Shown here in pieces: positions 63,966-64,000 of a stretch of 64,000 nucleotides of DNA (positions are counted from its first letter, which is position 1; the number at the start of each line of letters is the position of its first letter). The notes below the pieces were generated by a model. The model saw only the letters and a list, made by a program, of their open reading frames with translations, was not told where the DNA came from and did no database searches. Origin of the DNA: Pristiophorus japonicus (taxonomy: Eukaryota); NCBI RefSeq assembly GCF_044704955.1, contig NW_027252824.1, positions 496,001-560,000 on the forward strand. Direction: 5' to 3'. Made by a program: the position numbers and the translations under genes.

Positions 63966-64000
63966 CCTATTCCTGTATTCACTCGTGGTTGGCACTGGTG

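Overview
Vertebrate genomic DNA, most likely from a cartilaginous fish (inferred from the CR1 LINEs with (TTTCTATG)n tails, the SacSINE1/DeuSINE-like SINEs and the LINE-derived minisatellites). One large intron-rich gene on the minus strand dominates the window. It has 18 coding exons (50214 down to <1) with consistent splice phases and at least 2518 aa, and it runs off the left edge. It encodes a secreted alpha-tectorin/FCGBP-like protein: signal peptide, NIDO, VWC, then at least six VWD-C8-TIL units, each keeping a GDPH motif. The last three units are recent tandem duplications that include their introns. The introns and upstream region are full of CR1, L2 and Tx1-like LINE fragments, SINEs, a solo LTR and minisatellites. 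The most unusual feature is in intron 12673-17610: three apparently full-length processed mRNA copies (NDUFB11, SEC61G and an H2A/H2AX-like histone) joined head to tail. Each junction reads poly(A) signal, short A tail, single G, then the next 5'UTR, as expected for serial template jumping by a reverse transcriptase across capped mRNAs. A separate ATP6V0C retrocopy with a target-site duplication lies in another intron. All coordinates were read by eye and repeat boundaries are approximate.
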